From the NCBI GenBank assembly GCA_035290465.1, contig DATDUI010000054.1, forward strand, positions 1 through 40,658: a stretch of DNA of 40,658 nt. Reading direction: 5' to 3'. The position numbers and the translations under genes were made by a program. Positions 15,761 to 24,605 of the stretch are shown piece after piece. The DNA comes from Candidatus Nanoarchaeia archaeon (GTDB taxonomy: Archaea > Nanobdellota > Nanobdellia > Pacearchaeales > GW2011-AR1). Below the pieces are notes generated by a model. It was not told the origin of the DNA. It saw nothing but the letters and a program-made list of their open reading frames with translations, and made no database searches. Each line of letters begins with the position of its first letter. The first letter of the stretch is position 1.

Positions 15761-16876
15761 ATGACTTCTAAGTTAATCGATTCTTTAATAAAGAAAGATT
15801 ATGAATTAATTTACAATTCTAAATTACCCTTACAAGAAAGTGCAAAACAAGTTTTAATCCCGCAGACAATTCAGGGTCATGCACGTGAAGGTCATATGAG
15901 TTTTAAAAAAAATCCTATGGATTTAACAATGGATGAAATCTTTATTTCCCTTGGAATGAACCCTTTTGAAAAAAGACGGTTCAGAGAAGGTTTAATTTAT
16001 GAAGCAAAAGAATGTTTAGAAAATTTGGTTTCAGGCAGAATAAATAAACTAGTTACTAAAAAAGGTCAGCCTCTTTTTGGAGCTTATTTCTTATTGGATC
16101 AGGAGATTGATTTATCCAAAGAAACTTTCAAAGGTGCAGCTTTAGCCGGAAGAATGGATACTGATTATTGGAGAAAAAGAACCGTAGATATCTATAAAAA
16201 AACCTTGGATAATTCTGATTTAATCATCGGAGGAGGAATGGAATATCCTGTAAATCTCCTGCAATTAGCTAAACAGGGTTTGGAATTAAAAAATTTGTCC
16301 GAAGAAGAACATGATCCCAAAACAATCAATGAATACTATGAAAAAGAAATTTTATGTGAAAATGGTTCTTATAGTGACGGAATACAAAATACTTTTATAA
16401 GACATCGTTTAGGTCTTGGTTGTTGTGATGATGCAAGCTTAATTTCCATCGGTAAAATTCATGGTCCAAGTGCGTTACTTCTCGGTTGGGTTGTTGATGC
16501 TGTTGATACTTATTCCAAATGTACCTTAAATTCTATAGAAGGAGGATTTGATGAATGGGTTGGAGAAAGTTTAGAAAAACTTTGGAAAAAGAAAAATGGA
16601 TCTAACCTTATAACTCCTGAAGAAACAATGGAAATCATTTACCTTGGTGCAAAAAATAACTTCCCTAAAATTAATATGTCTTCTTCACACAGAAGATTTA
16701 ATGAGATTGGTAAAGATCAATTATATCCAACAATTTTGAATCATTTAGCCTATGTAAAACAAGGTATTATCCCTCAAGAATATCCTTTGGGGTTCCAAAA
16801 AATACCTAGTACAGAATTTTATAATTCAATAAATCAACGGTTTGAATTATTTGAAAAAAGTTTAAATTTTGATTAA
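15761..16876 (+). CDS. Conserved hypothetical protein, tandem paralog B (family not recognised)
   Basis: 371-aa ORF with SD-like AGGGGGAA upstream. By eye it is roughly half identical to paralog A, including a 24-nt identical DNA block (14867-14890 = 16136-16159). Confidence 0.85.
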   Translation: MTSKLIDSLIKKDYELIYNSKLPLQESAKQVLIPQTIQGHAREGHMSFKKNPMDLTMDEIFISLGMNPFEKRRFREGLIYEAKECLENLVSGRINKLVTKKGQPLFGAYFLLDQEIDLSKETFKGAALAGRMDTDYWRKRTVDIYKKTLDNSDLIIGGGMEYPVNLLQLAKQGLELKNLSEEEHDPKTINEYYEKEILCENGSYSDGIQNTFIRHRLGLGCCDDASLISIGKIHGPSALLLGWVVDAVDTYSKCTLNSIEGGFDEWVGESLEKLWKKKNGSNLITPEETMEIIYLGAKNNFPKINMSSSHRRFNEIGKDQLYPTILNHLAYVKQGIIPQEYPLGFQKIPSTEFYNSINQRFELFEKSLNFD

Positions 16877-16898
16877 AAATAAAATTTTTTCTAAAAAA

Positions 16899-17318
16899 CT
16901 ATCTCTTAGAAGCCTGTCTTTTACTTCTAGCTTTTGAATCACCGGGTTTATATGCTTCTTTTCGTCTAACGTCAGCTACAAGTAAATTTCTGTCATATTC
17001 CAAATATGCCTTAGTTAATTCTTCAGATTTTGTAAATTCAACTATCCCTTTAGCAAGTGCAAGACGTGCAGCTTCGATTTGTCCTTTATCTCCTCCACCT
17101 TTAACCTCGATGTTAGCATTAAAATTAATCTCACCTAAAACATGCAAAGCAATTCTTAATGGTTCTTCGATTTTAAGTTTATCAAAAATGTGTAGATAGT
17201 TATAATTTTTGTCATTAATCATTATTTGACCTTTGCCTTCTGTCAAAACTGCTCTAGCGACAGCTCTTTTTCTCTTTCCAGATTTAACCACTTTTTTGTA
17301 TTTTGTTTCAATTGCCAT
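16899..17318 (-). CDS. rps9: 30S ribosomal protein S9 (uS9)
   Basis: GKRKRAVARA is present, and the C-terminal KPGDSKARSKRQASKR is typical of uS9. Confidence 0.93.
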   Translation of the reverse strand: MAIETKYKKVVKSGKRKRAVARAVLTEGKGQIMINDKNYNYLHIFDKLKIEEPLRIALHVLGEINFNANIEVKGGGDKGQIEAARLALAKGIVEFTKSEELTKAYLEYDRNLLVADVRRKEAYKPGDSKARSKRQASKR

Positions 17319-17319
17319 T

Positions 17320-17718
17320 TTATTTTAAAAATTCATTAACCCTTGAAAATTTTCTGGGTCTTTGATGATTTAATTTGATTTTTTCAACTTCTTGATATTC
17401 TTTTGGTATTCCAATATAACATTTAACTCTCTTAAATGCTTCTCTTCCTCTTCCTTCTCTGTAGTTAGGAATCATCCCTCTGATAACTCTTTTAACCATC
17501 TTATCAGTAGCTTTGTGGTGTATTGGTCCTTTTTGACTATGCCCAAATCTGCTTCTTTGTTCATGAAATTCTTGTTGAATATTTTGTAAATTTCCTGAAA
17601 TTATTACAAATTCAGAATTTACAACAACGACCTCTGAACCTTTTAATGCTTCCTTTGCAGCAAAACTAGCTAATCTCCCTAAAACTGCATCTTTTCCGTC
17701 AATAATTTTTATACTCAT
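17320..17718 (-). CDS. rpl13: 50S ribosomal protein L13 (uL13)
   Basis: IIDGKDAVLGRLASFAAKEALKG..VVVVN matches the archaeal uL13 N-terminus. It sits in the L18e-L13-S9 gene order. Confidence 0.92.
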   Translation of the reverse strand: MSIKIIDGKDAVLGRLASFAAKEALKGSEVVVVNSEFVIISGNLQNIQQEFHEQRSRFGHSQKGPIHHKATDKMVKRVIRGMIPNYREGRGREAFKRVKCYIGIPKEYQEVEKIKLNHQRPRKFSRVNEFLK

Positions 17719-18086
17719 TGTGTTAAAACCTCAATATCTTTTGCTTTCGGATTCTTTTTAATTTCTTCAAGGATAGTTGAAGCATCGCATTTAGCATTTA
17801 ATAATTTTTCATGAGCTTTTTCAGAAAAACTTAATGCAGCAATTTTAAATTTTTTATGAATTTCACCTAAAGAAAGAATTTTTCCCGGAACAATTAATGT
17901 TTTTCCTTCAACTGTCCGAGTATCTAAATCTTTAATGTTTAAATCTAATCTTTTTCTTCGTGGACCTGATAAAATTCCGGCAACTCTTTGCCATTCAGGA
18001 TTTTTTTTTGCTAAAATAATTGTTTCAACTAATTCTGAATTAGTTTTCTTTTGTAAATGTTTTTCGATTAATGTTTTTGATTTCAT
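17715..18086 (-). CDS. rpl18e: 50S ribosomal protein L18e
   Basis: GPRRKR..LN, TLIVPGKILSLGE and AALSFSEKA blocks match archaeal L18e. There is a 4-bp overlap with rpl13. Confidence 0.88.
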   Translation of the reverse strand: MKSKTLIEKHLQKKTNSELVETIILAKKNPEWQRVAGILSGPRRKRLDLNIKDLDTRTVEGKTLIVPGKILSLGEIHKKFKIAALSFSEKAHEKLLNAKCDASTILEEIKKNPKAKDIEVLTQ

Positions 18087-18889
18087 TTTATATTTTAACG
18101 AGAAAAGTTTTTCCCGCTCTACGCGATTAACTCGCAGGTTAAAAAACTCACGAAATAATGGTTTATAAAACTTCTGATTAATTAAGAATTTTTAATTTTT
18201 AGAAAACCGAAATACCCCAAATAAACAAATTAAAATACGCTTGCAAATGGGTCAAGGATCAAAGATTTTTAAAAAATCGATAATTTCCTCATAAACTTTT
18301 AAGGCTCTTTGAAATTTTAAATAAAAATTATAAAAAAATTGATTTTTTGGTTAAAATTTGTCTAAAAATTAGGCAAAAAGTGAGAGTTGCGTGAATTTAA
18401 TCCTTTATAGTTTAAATAATTAAATTAAAAGAAATATCTTGTTTATTTTTTTGGATAAATGTTCTTTGAGTAAATAAAAGGTTTTAGAAGGAAAAGAGAA
18501 ATAAAGAAGTGAGTTTTAAATAGAAATTTTCATTGTAATCCTCAAAAAATAAACCCCTAAGAGTTATCTCGCTTACCGAATATGTAAATTAAGAAAATTG
18601 GATGAAGTCGTTTTATAACTTAAATGATTATTAGGAATAATTTATTTTGAACTGATTATTTATTTTATTAAATAAAATTATTTTAAATTTTTTAATTTTA
18701 GAAAATATTAATTTTTGTATTTATTTTTTTGTAATTTTTACTTTTTATTATCTTTGGAATTTATTTAAAAAAAGTTTACATCGTCTATAATTTATATAAT
18801 GTTTTAATAAATAAATTCACACAGTTGTTTAAGATGCAAATTTTTTGCAGATAGTAAGCTTTTTAAGTAAACATTTTCTTAAGTAATTC

Positions 18890-19462
18890 ATGGTAAAAGG
18901 ATTATATCATTATCTAAGGGAAGCTTGGAAAAAACCAGATAGAAAAACCCTTAGAGAAAGAATGGTGGAATGGAGAAAATTAAATGTTTTCACCAAGATG
19001 GATAAACCATTAAGATTAGACCGAGCAAGAGCTTTAGGTTATAAAGCCAAAAAAGGATTTGTAATAATTAGAATAAAAATAGAAAGAGGAGGGCATAAAA
19101 GACCAAGACCAACCAAAGGAAGAAGAAGTAAAAGAATGCATACAAGAAAAACTCTTAAGATGAGTTATAAATGGATTGCAGAACAAAGAGTTGCAAAAAG
19201 ATTCACAAATTTAGAAGTATTAAATTCTTACATGATTGGTAAAGATGGTATAAACTATTTTTTCGAAGTAATTTGTGTTGACCCTTCCAGACCTGAAATT
19301 AAAAATGATAAAGTAATTAATTGGATAACTAAACCGGCAAATACAAAAAGACCTCAAAGAGGGTTGACATCTGCTGCGAAAAAATCAAGAGGATTAAGAA
19401 TCAAGAATCCAATGTCAAAGGTTAGACCAAGTGTAAGAGCTGGAAAAAGAAGAGGAAAATAA
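18890..19462 (+). CDS. rpl15e: 50S ribosomal protein L15e (eL15)
   Basis: MVKGLYHYLREAWKKP...RLDRARALGYKAKKGFVI...GGHKRPRP is the archaeal/eukaryotic eL15 signature. Confidence 0.93.
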   Translation: MVKGLYHYLREAWKKPDRKTLRERMVEWRKLNVFTKMDKPLRLDRARALGYKAKKGFVIIRIKIERGGHKRPRPTKGRRSKRMHTRKTLKMSYKWIAEQRVAKRFTNLEVLNSYMIGKDGINYFFEVICVDPSRPEIKNDKVINWITKPANTKRPQRGLTSAAKKSRGLRIKNPMSKVRPSVRAGKRRGK

Positions 19463-19471
19463 TTTTTTAAA

Positions 19472-19822
19472 ATGATCCCCGTGGGGAATATCAAATATAA
19501 AGATTACAATACTCTTGTAAAAATAAGCAATTCTGTAAAAAAATTATTAGAAGATGTTAATCTTGATTTAGATCTAACAAAAAGATTTCCAAATGCAGAA
19601 TATTTTTATGAAAATTTTCTATTCATAAAACCTAACTTAAGAAAACACAAAAATTTTGAATTAATTTATATTGATGTTTTTGAAGATGACAGTACTTGTC
19701 TTTCGTTGGGAAAAATTAAAGAAAATCTCTCTTGTAAAATTTTGCTTGATGGTTCATTAACGAATTTTGAATCAGGTAAAATGATTCGCTGGGTTGTAAT
19801 TGAATCTCAAGAAACTTTTTAA
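19472..19822 (+). CDS. Hypothetical protein
   Basis: 116-aa ORF starting 9 nt after rpl15e, with plausible coding composition. No motif recognised. Confidence 0.5.
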   Translation: MIPVGNIKYKDYNTLVKISNSVKKLLEDVNLDLDLTKRFPNAEYFYENFLFIKPNLRKHKNFELIYIDVFEDDSTCLSLGKIKENLSCKILLDGSLTNFESGKMIRWVVIESQETF

Positions 19823-19844
19823 ATGAATTTAGCATTTTATATTT

Positions 19845-20132
19845 ATGACAAAAACAATTGATAATAATCTTGAAGAATCTAGATGGCTAAAAAAGATTAA
19901 CAAAACTGCAAAGCCTTTTGGTGAGAGATATATTGGAATCGGATTTCAAGAAGGACGGAGAGCTAAATTAAAACAACTTTCTGTTGATATTGCACAAAAA
20001 GCAAAAGAAGTAAACACAAATAAAGAATATGAAGCATTAAGAGAAGTATATCTAAAATGTTTTTATGATTTAATTCATGTTTACTGGACTCCCGCTTGCG
20101 ATTTTCCTTATAGAAAAGAAATGAATAAATAA
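19845..20132 (+). CDS. Hypothetical protein
   Basis: 95-aa ORF on the same strand as its neighbours. No motif recognised. Confidence 0.45.
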   Translation: MTKTIDNNLEESRWLKKINKTAKPFGERYIGIGFQEGRRAKLKQLSVDIAQKAKEVNTNKEYEALREVYLKCFYDLIHVYWTPACDFPYRKEMNK

Positions 20133-20183
20133 TAAAAATCCATTCTCCAAAATGTATATAAAAGAAAAATAATTTAATATTCT

Positions 20184-20765
20184 ATGGAGAGGACATTAAA
20201 AAATTTAACAAAAGCTTTCATTGGTGAAAGTATGGCAAGAAATAGATATACTTTCTATGCAAAAATTGCTTCTAAAGAAGGTTATGAGCAAATTTCTGCG
20301 ATTTTCTTAGAAACAGCTGAGCATGAAAAAACTCATGCAAAAAGGTTATTTGAACATATCCAAGAATTAAAAGAAAAATTAAGTGATAATGAAAAAATTA
20401 TTGTAGAGTCAGAAGTTCCAACAACTTATGATACAACAATTGAAAATTTAAAATCTGCAATTAACGGAGAACATTATGAACATTCTTCAATGTATCCTGA
20501 ATTTGCAAAAATTGCAAAAGAAGAAGGTTTGCATCAAATTGCAATAAGATTAAGTGCAATAGCAAAAGCAGAAAAGCATCATGAAGAAAGATATATTAAA
20601 TTATTAAAAGAATTAGAAAAAGGAATTATCTTCAAAAAATCTAAAGAAAAAGAATGGGTCTGTAGAGAATGTGGTTATACACATACCGGAAAAGAAGCTC
20701 CATTAAAATGCCCTTCATGTAATCATGAACAAGCATTTTTTCAACTTAGATGCGAAGAATATTAA
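20184..20765 (+). CDS. rbr: Rubrerythrin
   Basis: Ferritin-like di-iron motifs are present (E..ARNRY, ETAEHEKTHA, GEHYE, AEKHHEERY), followed by a C-terminal rubredoxin-type CRECG...CPSC. Confidence 0.92.
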   Translation: MERTLKNLTKAFIGESMARNRYTFYAKIASKEGYEQISAIFLETAEHEKTHAKRLFEHIQELKEKLSDNEKIIVESEVPTTYDTTIENLKSAINGEHYEHSSMYPEFAKIAKEEGLHQIAIRLSAIAKAEKHHEERYIKLLKELEKGIIFKKSKEKEWVCRECGYTHTGKEAPLKCPSCNHEQAFFQLRCEEY

Positions 20766-20769
20766 TAAA

Positions 20770-21132
20770 ATGACAAATAAAAAAGAAATTTACAAGTGTA
20801 ATGTTTGCGGAAATATTGTAGAAGTTTTACATGACGGAAAAGGAACACTTGTGTGTTGCAATCAAAATATGATTTTACAAAAAGAAAATACTATGGATGC
20901 TTCAGTTGAAAAACATATTCCAATAATTGAAAAGAATTTTGTAAAGGTTGGATCAATTGAACATCCAATGGAAGAAAAACATTATATTGAATGGATTGAA
21001 GCAAAAGGAAAAAGGGGAGAAGTTGCAAAGATTTTTTTGAAACCCGGAGATAAACCTTTAGCAAAATTTTGTTTTACGCCATCTTACGCAAGAGCATATT
21101 GTAATTTGCATGGATTATGGAAAAGTAAATAA
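20770..21132 (+). CDS. dfx: Desulfoferrodoxin (2Fe superoxide reductase)
   Basis: The N-terminal desulforedoxin module is YKCNVCGNIVEV...LVCC. The SOR centre II context is EKHIPII, EHPMEEKHYIEWIE, CNLHGLW. The ATG at 20770 is preferred over the ORF-track start at 20725, which overlaps rbr. Confidence 0.9.
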   Translation: MTNKKEIYKCNVCGNIVEVLHDGKGTLVCCNQNMILQKENTMDASVEKHIPIIEKNFVKVGSIEHPMEEKHYIEWIEAKGKRGEVAKIFLKPGDKPLAKFCFTPSYARAYCNLHGLWKSK

Positions 21133-21198
21133 TCTTTTCTGATTAAAATAGAATCTGTTCGTAACAACCTAATTAATCAACTTTTTTGTTTATAATTA

Positions 21199-21804
21199 AT
21201 GGCATATGAATTACCTCCTCTACCATATAAGTATGATTCTTTAGAACCATTTATTGACGAAAAAACAATGAAAATTCATCATGATAAACATCATGCTTCT
21301 TACATCATAAAATTAAATCAAACATTAAAAAATTATCCTGAAATTCAAGACAAACCAATTGAAAGTTTAATTCAAGGTTTGGAAGGTGTTTCCGAAGAAA
21401 TTAGAGAATCTGTAAAAAATAATGGAGGAGGTCATTTAAATCATACTTTCTTTTGGAGCATATTAACAAAAAAATTAATTCTCAAAGGAGAAATTTTTAA
21501 CGAAATTGATAAAACTTTTCAAACTTTTGAAAATTTCAAAGAAGAATTCACAAAATCTGCAATGAATGTCTTTGGAAGCGGTTGGACATGGTTAGTCTTA
21601 GACGGCAATCAATTAAAAATTTTAAACACTTCTGGGCATGAAAATCCGATTACTCACGGAAAAATTCCCCTTTTAGTAATAGACCTTTGGGAGCATGCAT
21701 ATTATCTAAAATATCAAAATAGAAAAAACGAATACATAGAATCTTTTTTCAATATCATTAATTGGAAAAAAGTAAATGAATTATTTCTAAAATATAAAAT
21801 TTAA
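21199..21804 (+). CDS. sod: Fe/Mn-family superoxide dismutase
   Basis: LPPLPY.YD.LEP.ID..TM..HH.KHH..Y and DLWEHAYYLKYQNRK are present. Metal specificity cannot be called by eye. Confidence 0.93.
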   Translation: MAYELPPLPYKYDSLEPFIDEKTMKIHHDKHHASYIIKLNQTLKNYPEIQDKPIESLIQGLEGVSEEIRESVKNNGGGHLNHTFFWSILTKKLILKGEIFNEIDKTFQTFENFKEEFTKSAMNVFGSGWTWLVLDGNQLKILNTSGHENPITHGKIPLLVIDLWEHAYYLKYQNRKNEYIESFFNIINWKKVNELFLKYKI

Positions 21805-21891
21805 GGATATAATATGAAATCAATTTAGAAATGAAAGAATTTAAAGATACTTCCTCTAAAAAAATTGCTTCAAGCAATTAAACATAAATCC

Positions 21892-22815
21892 ATGAAAATA
21901 ATTAAACCGATGTTATGTAAACACGGAGATAAAAAAGATTTAGATAAATTAAATTACATCTTTGAACCAAAACTTGATGGAACCAGAGCAATTTGTTATA
22001 TCAATAAGAAAATTGAATTAATTAATCGAAGAGGTATTAATATAACAAAAAGATACCCTGAATTTAATTTTAGACAAAATGTAAATAGTTCTTGCATCCT
22101 TGATGGAGAAATCATTGTTTACGGAAAAGATGGAATGTCAAATTTCAATCTCCTTCAAAAAAGAGAACAATTAGAAAAAGAAATTTTAATAGAATTACGT
22201 AGCAAGGAAATTCCTGCAACATTTGTTGTTTTTGATATATTAATGAAAGATGGAAAGAATTTAATCAATTATCCATTAAAAGAACGAAAAAAAATATTGA
22301 ATCAAACTATAAAAGAAGATAAAAGAATAGAGATTATACCATTTACTCAAGATGGAAAAAAATTATGGGAAAAAATAACTTCTAAAAAAGGGGAAGGAGT
22401 TGTTGGAAAAAATTTAGAAAGTAAATATTCTCCAAATGCAAGAGTTTCAGATTGGATAAAAATAAAATTTTTCAAATCAGTAGATTGTGTCTTAATTGGT
22501 TTTACTCAGGAAAAAAGAATTATTTCCGCATTCTTGTTAGGGCTTTATGATCATGGTCAATTAAAATATATAGGAAAAGTTGGGACAGGCTTTACAGAAA
22601 AATTTTTACAGCAAATCTTTAAAAAAATTTCAAAAATAACAATCTCAAGTTCTCCTGTTAAAGACTTGAAAAATATAAACGCAAGATGGATATCACCAAA
22701 ACTTGTAGGAGAGATAAAATATTTGGAATTTACTAAAGATAAAATCCTAAGAGCCCCGGTATTTTTGAGAATGCGTGAAGATAAAAAACCCAAAGATTGC
22801 ACATTTAATCAATAA
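21892..22815 (+). CDS. Minimal ATP-dependent DNA ligase (adenylation + OB domains only)
   Basis: FEPKLDGTRAI carries the KxDG adenylation lysine. Also seen: ILDGEIIV, FVVFDIL, EGVVGK, WIKIK. The ORF track begins at a TTG (21865); the first ATG is at 21892. Confidence 0.85.
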   Translation: MKIIKPMLCKHGDKKDLDKLNYIFEPKLDGTRAICYINKKIELINRRGINITKRYPEFNFRQNVNSSCILDGEIIVYGKDGMSNFNLLQKREQLEKEILIELRSKEIPATFVVFDILMKDGKNLINYPLKERKKILNQTIKEDKRIEIIPFTQDGKKLWEKITSKKGEGVVGKNLESKYSPNARVSDWIKIKFFKSVDCVLIGFTQEKRIISAFLLGLYDHGQLKYIGKVGTGFTEKFLQQIFKKISKITISSSPVKDLKNINARWISPKLVGEIKYLEFTKDKILRAPVFLRMREDKKPKDCTFNQ

Positions 22816-22894
22816 GTTAATACCTCAAAGTTGAATAGAGCTTCCTTTCATAAATCTTATATACTTTATTTATCAATTATTAACTAAGAGGAAA

Positions 22895-24592
22895 ATGAGA
22901 TATCAAAAATTAGCAACATTATATGAAGAACTTTCTTCAACAACAAAACGTTTAGAGAAAATAGAAATCTTATCAAAATTTTTTGAAGTATTGCCTAAAG
23001 ACGACAGCGAAGTAATTTACTTATTGATGGGAAAGATTTATCCTGAATATGATGAACGAAAAATAGGAATAAGCAACCAATTAGTAATTAAGACCATATC
23101 AAAAGCAACAGGAACAGAAATAAAAAAAATTATTCACGAATGGAAAATGCTTGGAGATTTAGGAGAAGTTGCAGAAAAATTTACCTTGCATAAAAAACAA
23201 TCAACACTCAACTCACATATTTTAACAACCACAAAAGTGTTGGAAAACCTAAGAAAATTACCGAGTTTGGAAGGAAAAGGAACTGTAAATAAAAAAATAG
23301 CAATAATTACAGAACTCTTAACTTCAGCAGACCCTTTAGAAGCGAAATATATTGCAAGAAGCTTGATTGGTGATTTAAGAATCGGAATTCAGGAAAGCAC
23401 AATAAGAGATGCCTTAGCTTTAGCTTTTTTTAAAAAAGATAAAGATGTTTCAGAAATAATTCAAAAAGCAATAGATAAATCAAATGATCTCGTTGTTGTA
23501 TTAGAAATCGCAAAACAAGGAAAAATAAAAGAATTAGAAAAAGTCTCCTTGCAGATAGGAAAACCCATTAAAGCAATGCTCGCACAAAAAGCAGTTAACC
23601 CAAAAGAAGGTTTTGTTGTCGTAGGCAAACCATGCATAATTGAATATAAATATGATGGATTTAGATTATTAATTCACAAGAATGATGAAGTAATAACTTT
23701 ATTTACAAGAAGTTTGGAAAATGTTACAGCACAATTTCCGGAAGTAGTAGAATATGTAAATCAATACGTAAAAGGAAAAACTTTTATCTTAGATTCTGAA
23801 GCTGTAGGGTATGACAAGAAAACAAAAAAATATACTGAGTTTCAGGCAATCAGCCAAAGAATACGACGTAAACATAATATAGAAAAATTACAAAAAGAAC
23901 TTCCGGTAGAAGTTAATGTTTTTGACATATTATATTTTGAAGGCAAATCTCAATTAGACGAACCTTTTGAAAAAAGAAGTAAACTTCTAAGGTCAATTGT
24001 AAAAGATACACCGTATAAAATAATTGCATCAAAACAAATAATTACCGATGACGAAGAAAAAGCAATGGAATTTTATAATCAAGCACTGGAAAATAATCAG
24101 GAAGGAATAATGATGAAAAAAATGGATGCAGAATATCGTTCTGGAAGGCGTGTAGGAAATATGATAAAAGTAAAGCCAGAAGAAAAAGATTTGGACCTTG
24201 TAATAACCGGAGCAGAATACGGGACAGGCAAGCGTTCAGGATGGCTTTCAAGTTTTATACTTTCATGCTGGGATGGAGAAAAGTTTTTAGAAATTGGAAA
24301 AGTTGGAACAGGAATAAAAGAAAAAGAAACAGCAGAGTCCGGAAATATTTCTTTCAAAGAATTAACTGAAAAATTAAAACCTTATATAATTACAGAAAAA
24401 GGCAAGAATGTAACAATTGAACCAAAAATTGTTGTAGCAGTAACATATCAGGAAATTCAAAAATCTTCAAATTATAATTCAGGATTAGCTTTAAGATTTC
24501 CAAGATTTACTGCCCTGCGACCGGATAAAAAACCCGAGCAAGCAAATACCTTAAAAGAAATTTTAGAAGATTTAAAAAATCAAAAAAAATAA
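22895..24592 (+). CDS. lig: ATP-dependent DNA ligase, Lig1/archaeal replicative type (with DNA-binding domain)
   Basis: 565 aa. Motifs seen: EYKYDGFRLLIHK, LDSEAV, VNVFDILY, EGIMMKK, MIKVKPE, and the C-terminal LRFPRFTALRPDKKPE. Confidence 0.93.
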   Translation: MRYQKLATLYEELSSTTKRLEKIEILSKFFEVLPKDDSEVIYLLMGKIYPEYDERKIGISNQLVIKTISKATGTEIKKIIHEWKMLGDLGEVAEKFTLHKKQSTLNSHILTTTKVLENLRKLPSLEGKGTVNKKIAIITELLTSADPLEAKYIARSLIGDLRIGIQESTIRDALALAFFKKDKDVSEIIQKAIDKSNDLVVVLEIAKQGKIKELEKVSLQIGKPIKAMLAQKAVNPKEGFVVVGKPCIIEYKYDGFRLLIHKNDEVITLFTRSLENVTAQFPEVVEYVNQYVKGKTFILDSEAVGYDKKTKKYTEFQAISQRIRRKHNIEKLQKELPVEVNVFDILYFEGKSQLDEPFEKRSKLLRSIVKDTPYKIIASKQIITDDEEKAMEFYNQALENNQEGIMMKKMDAEYRSGRRVGNMIKVKPEEKDLDLVITGAEYGTGKRSGWLSSFILSCWDGEKFLEIGKVGTGIKEKETAESGNISFKELTEKLKPYIITEKGKNVTIEPKIVVAVTYQEIQKSSNYNSGLALRFPRFTALRPDKKPEQANTLKEILEDLKNQKK

Positions 24593-24605
24593 TCTTCCTA
24601 ACTAA

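Noticed and set aside
17935-18168. 77-aa plus-strand ORF overlapping the rpl18e start
   Set aside because: It is antisense to a well-supported r-protein gene and runs into the promoter region.
20725-20769. Upstream extension of the desulfoferrodoxin ORF overlapping the rubrerythrin 3' end
   Set aside because: The extension encodes no conserved residues. The ATG at 20770 gives the canonical desulforedoxin N-terminus (KEIYKCNVCGN).
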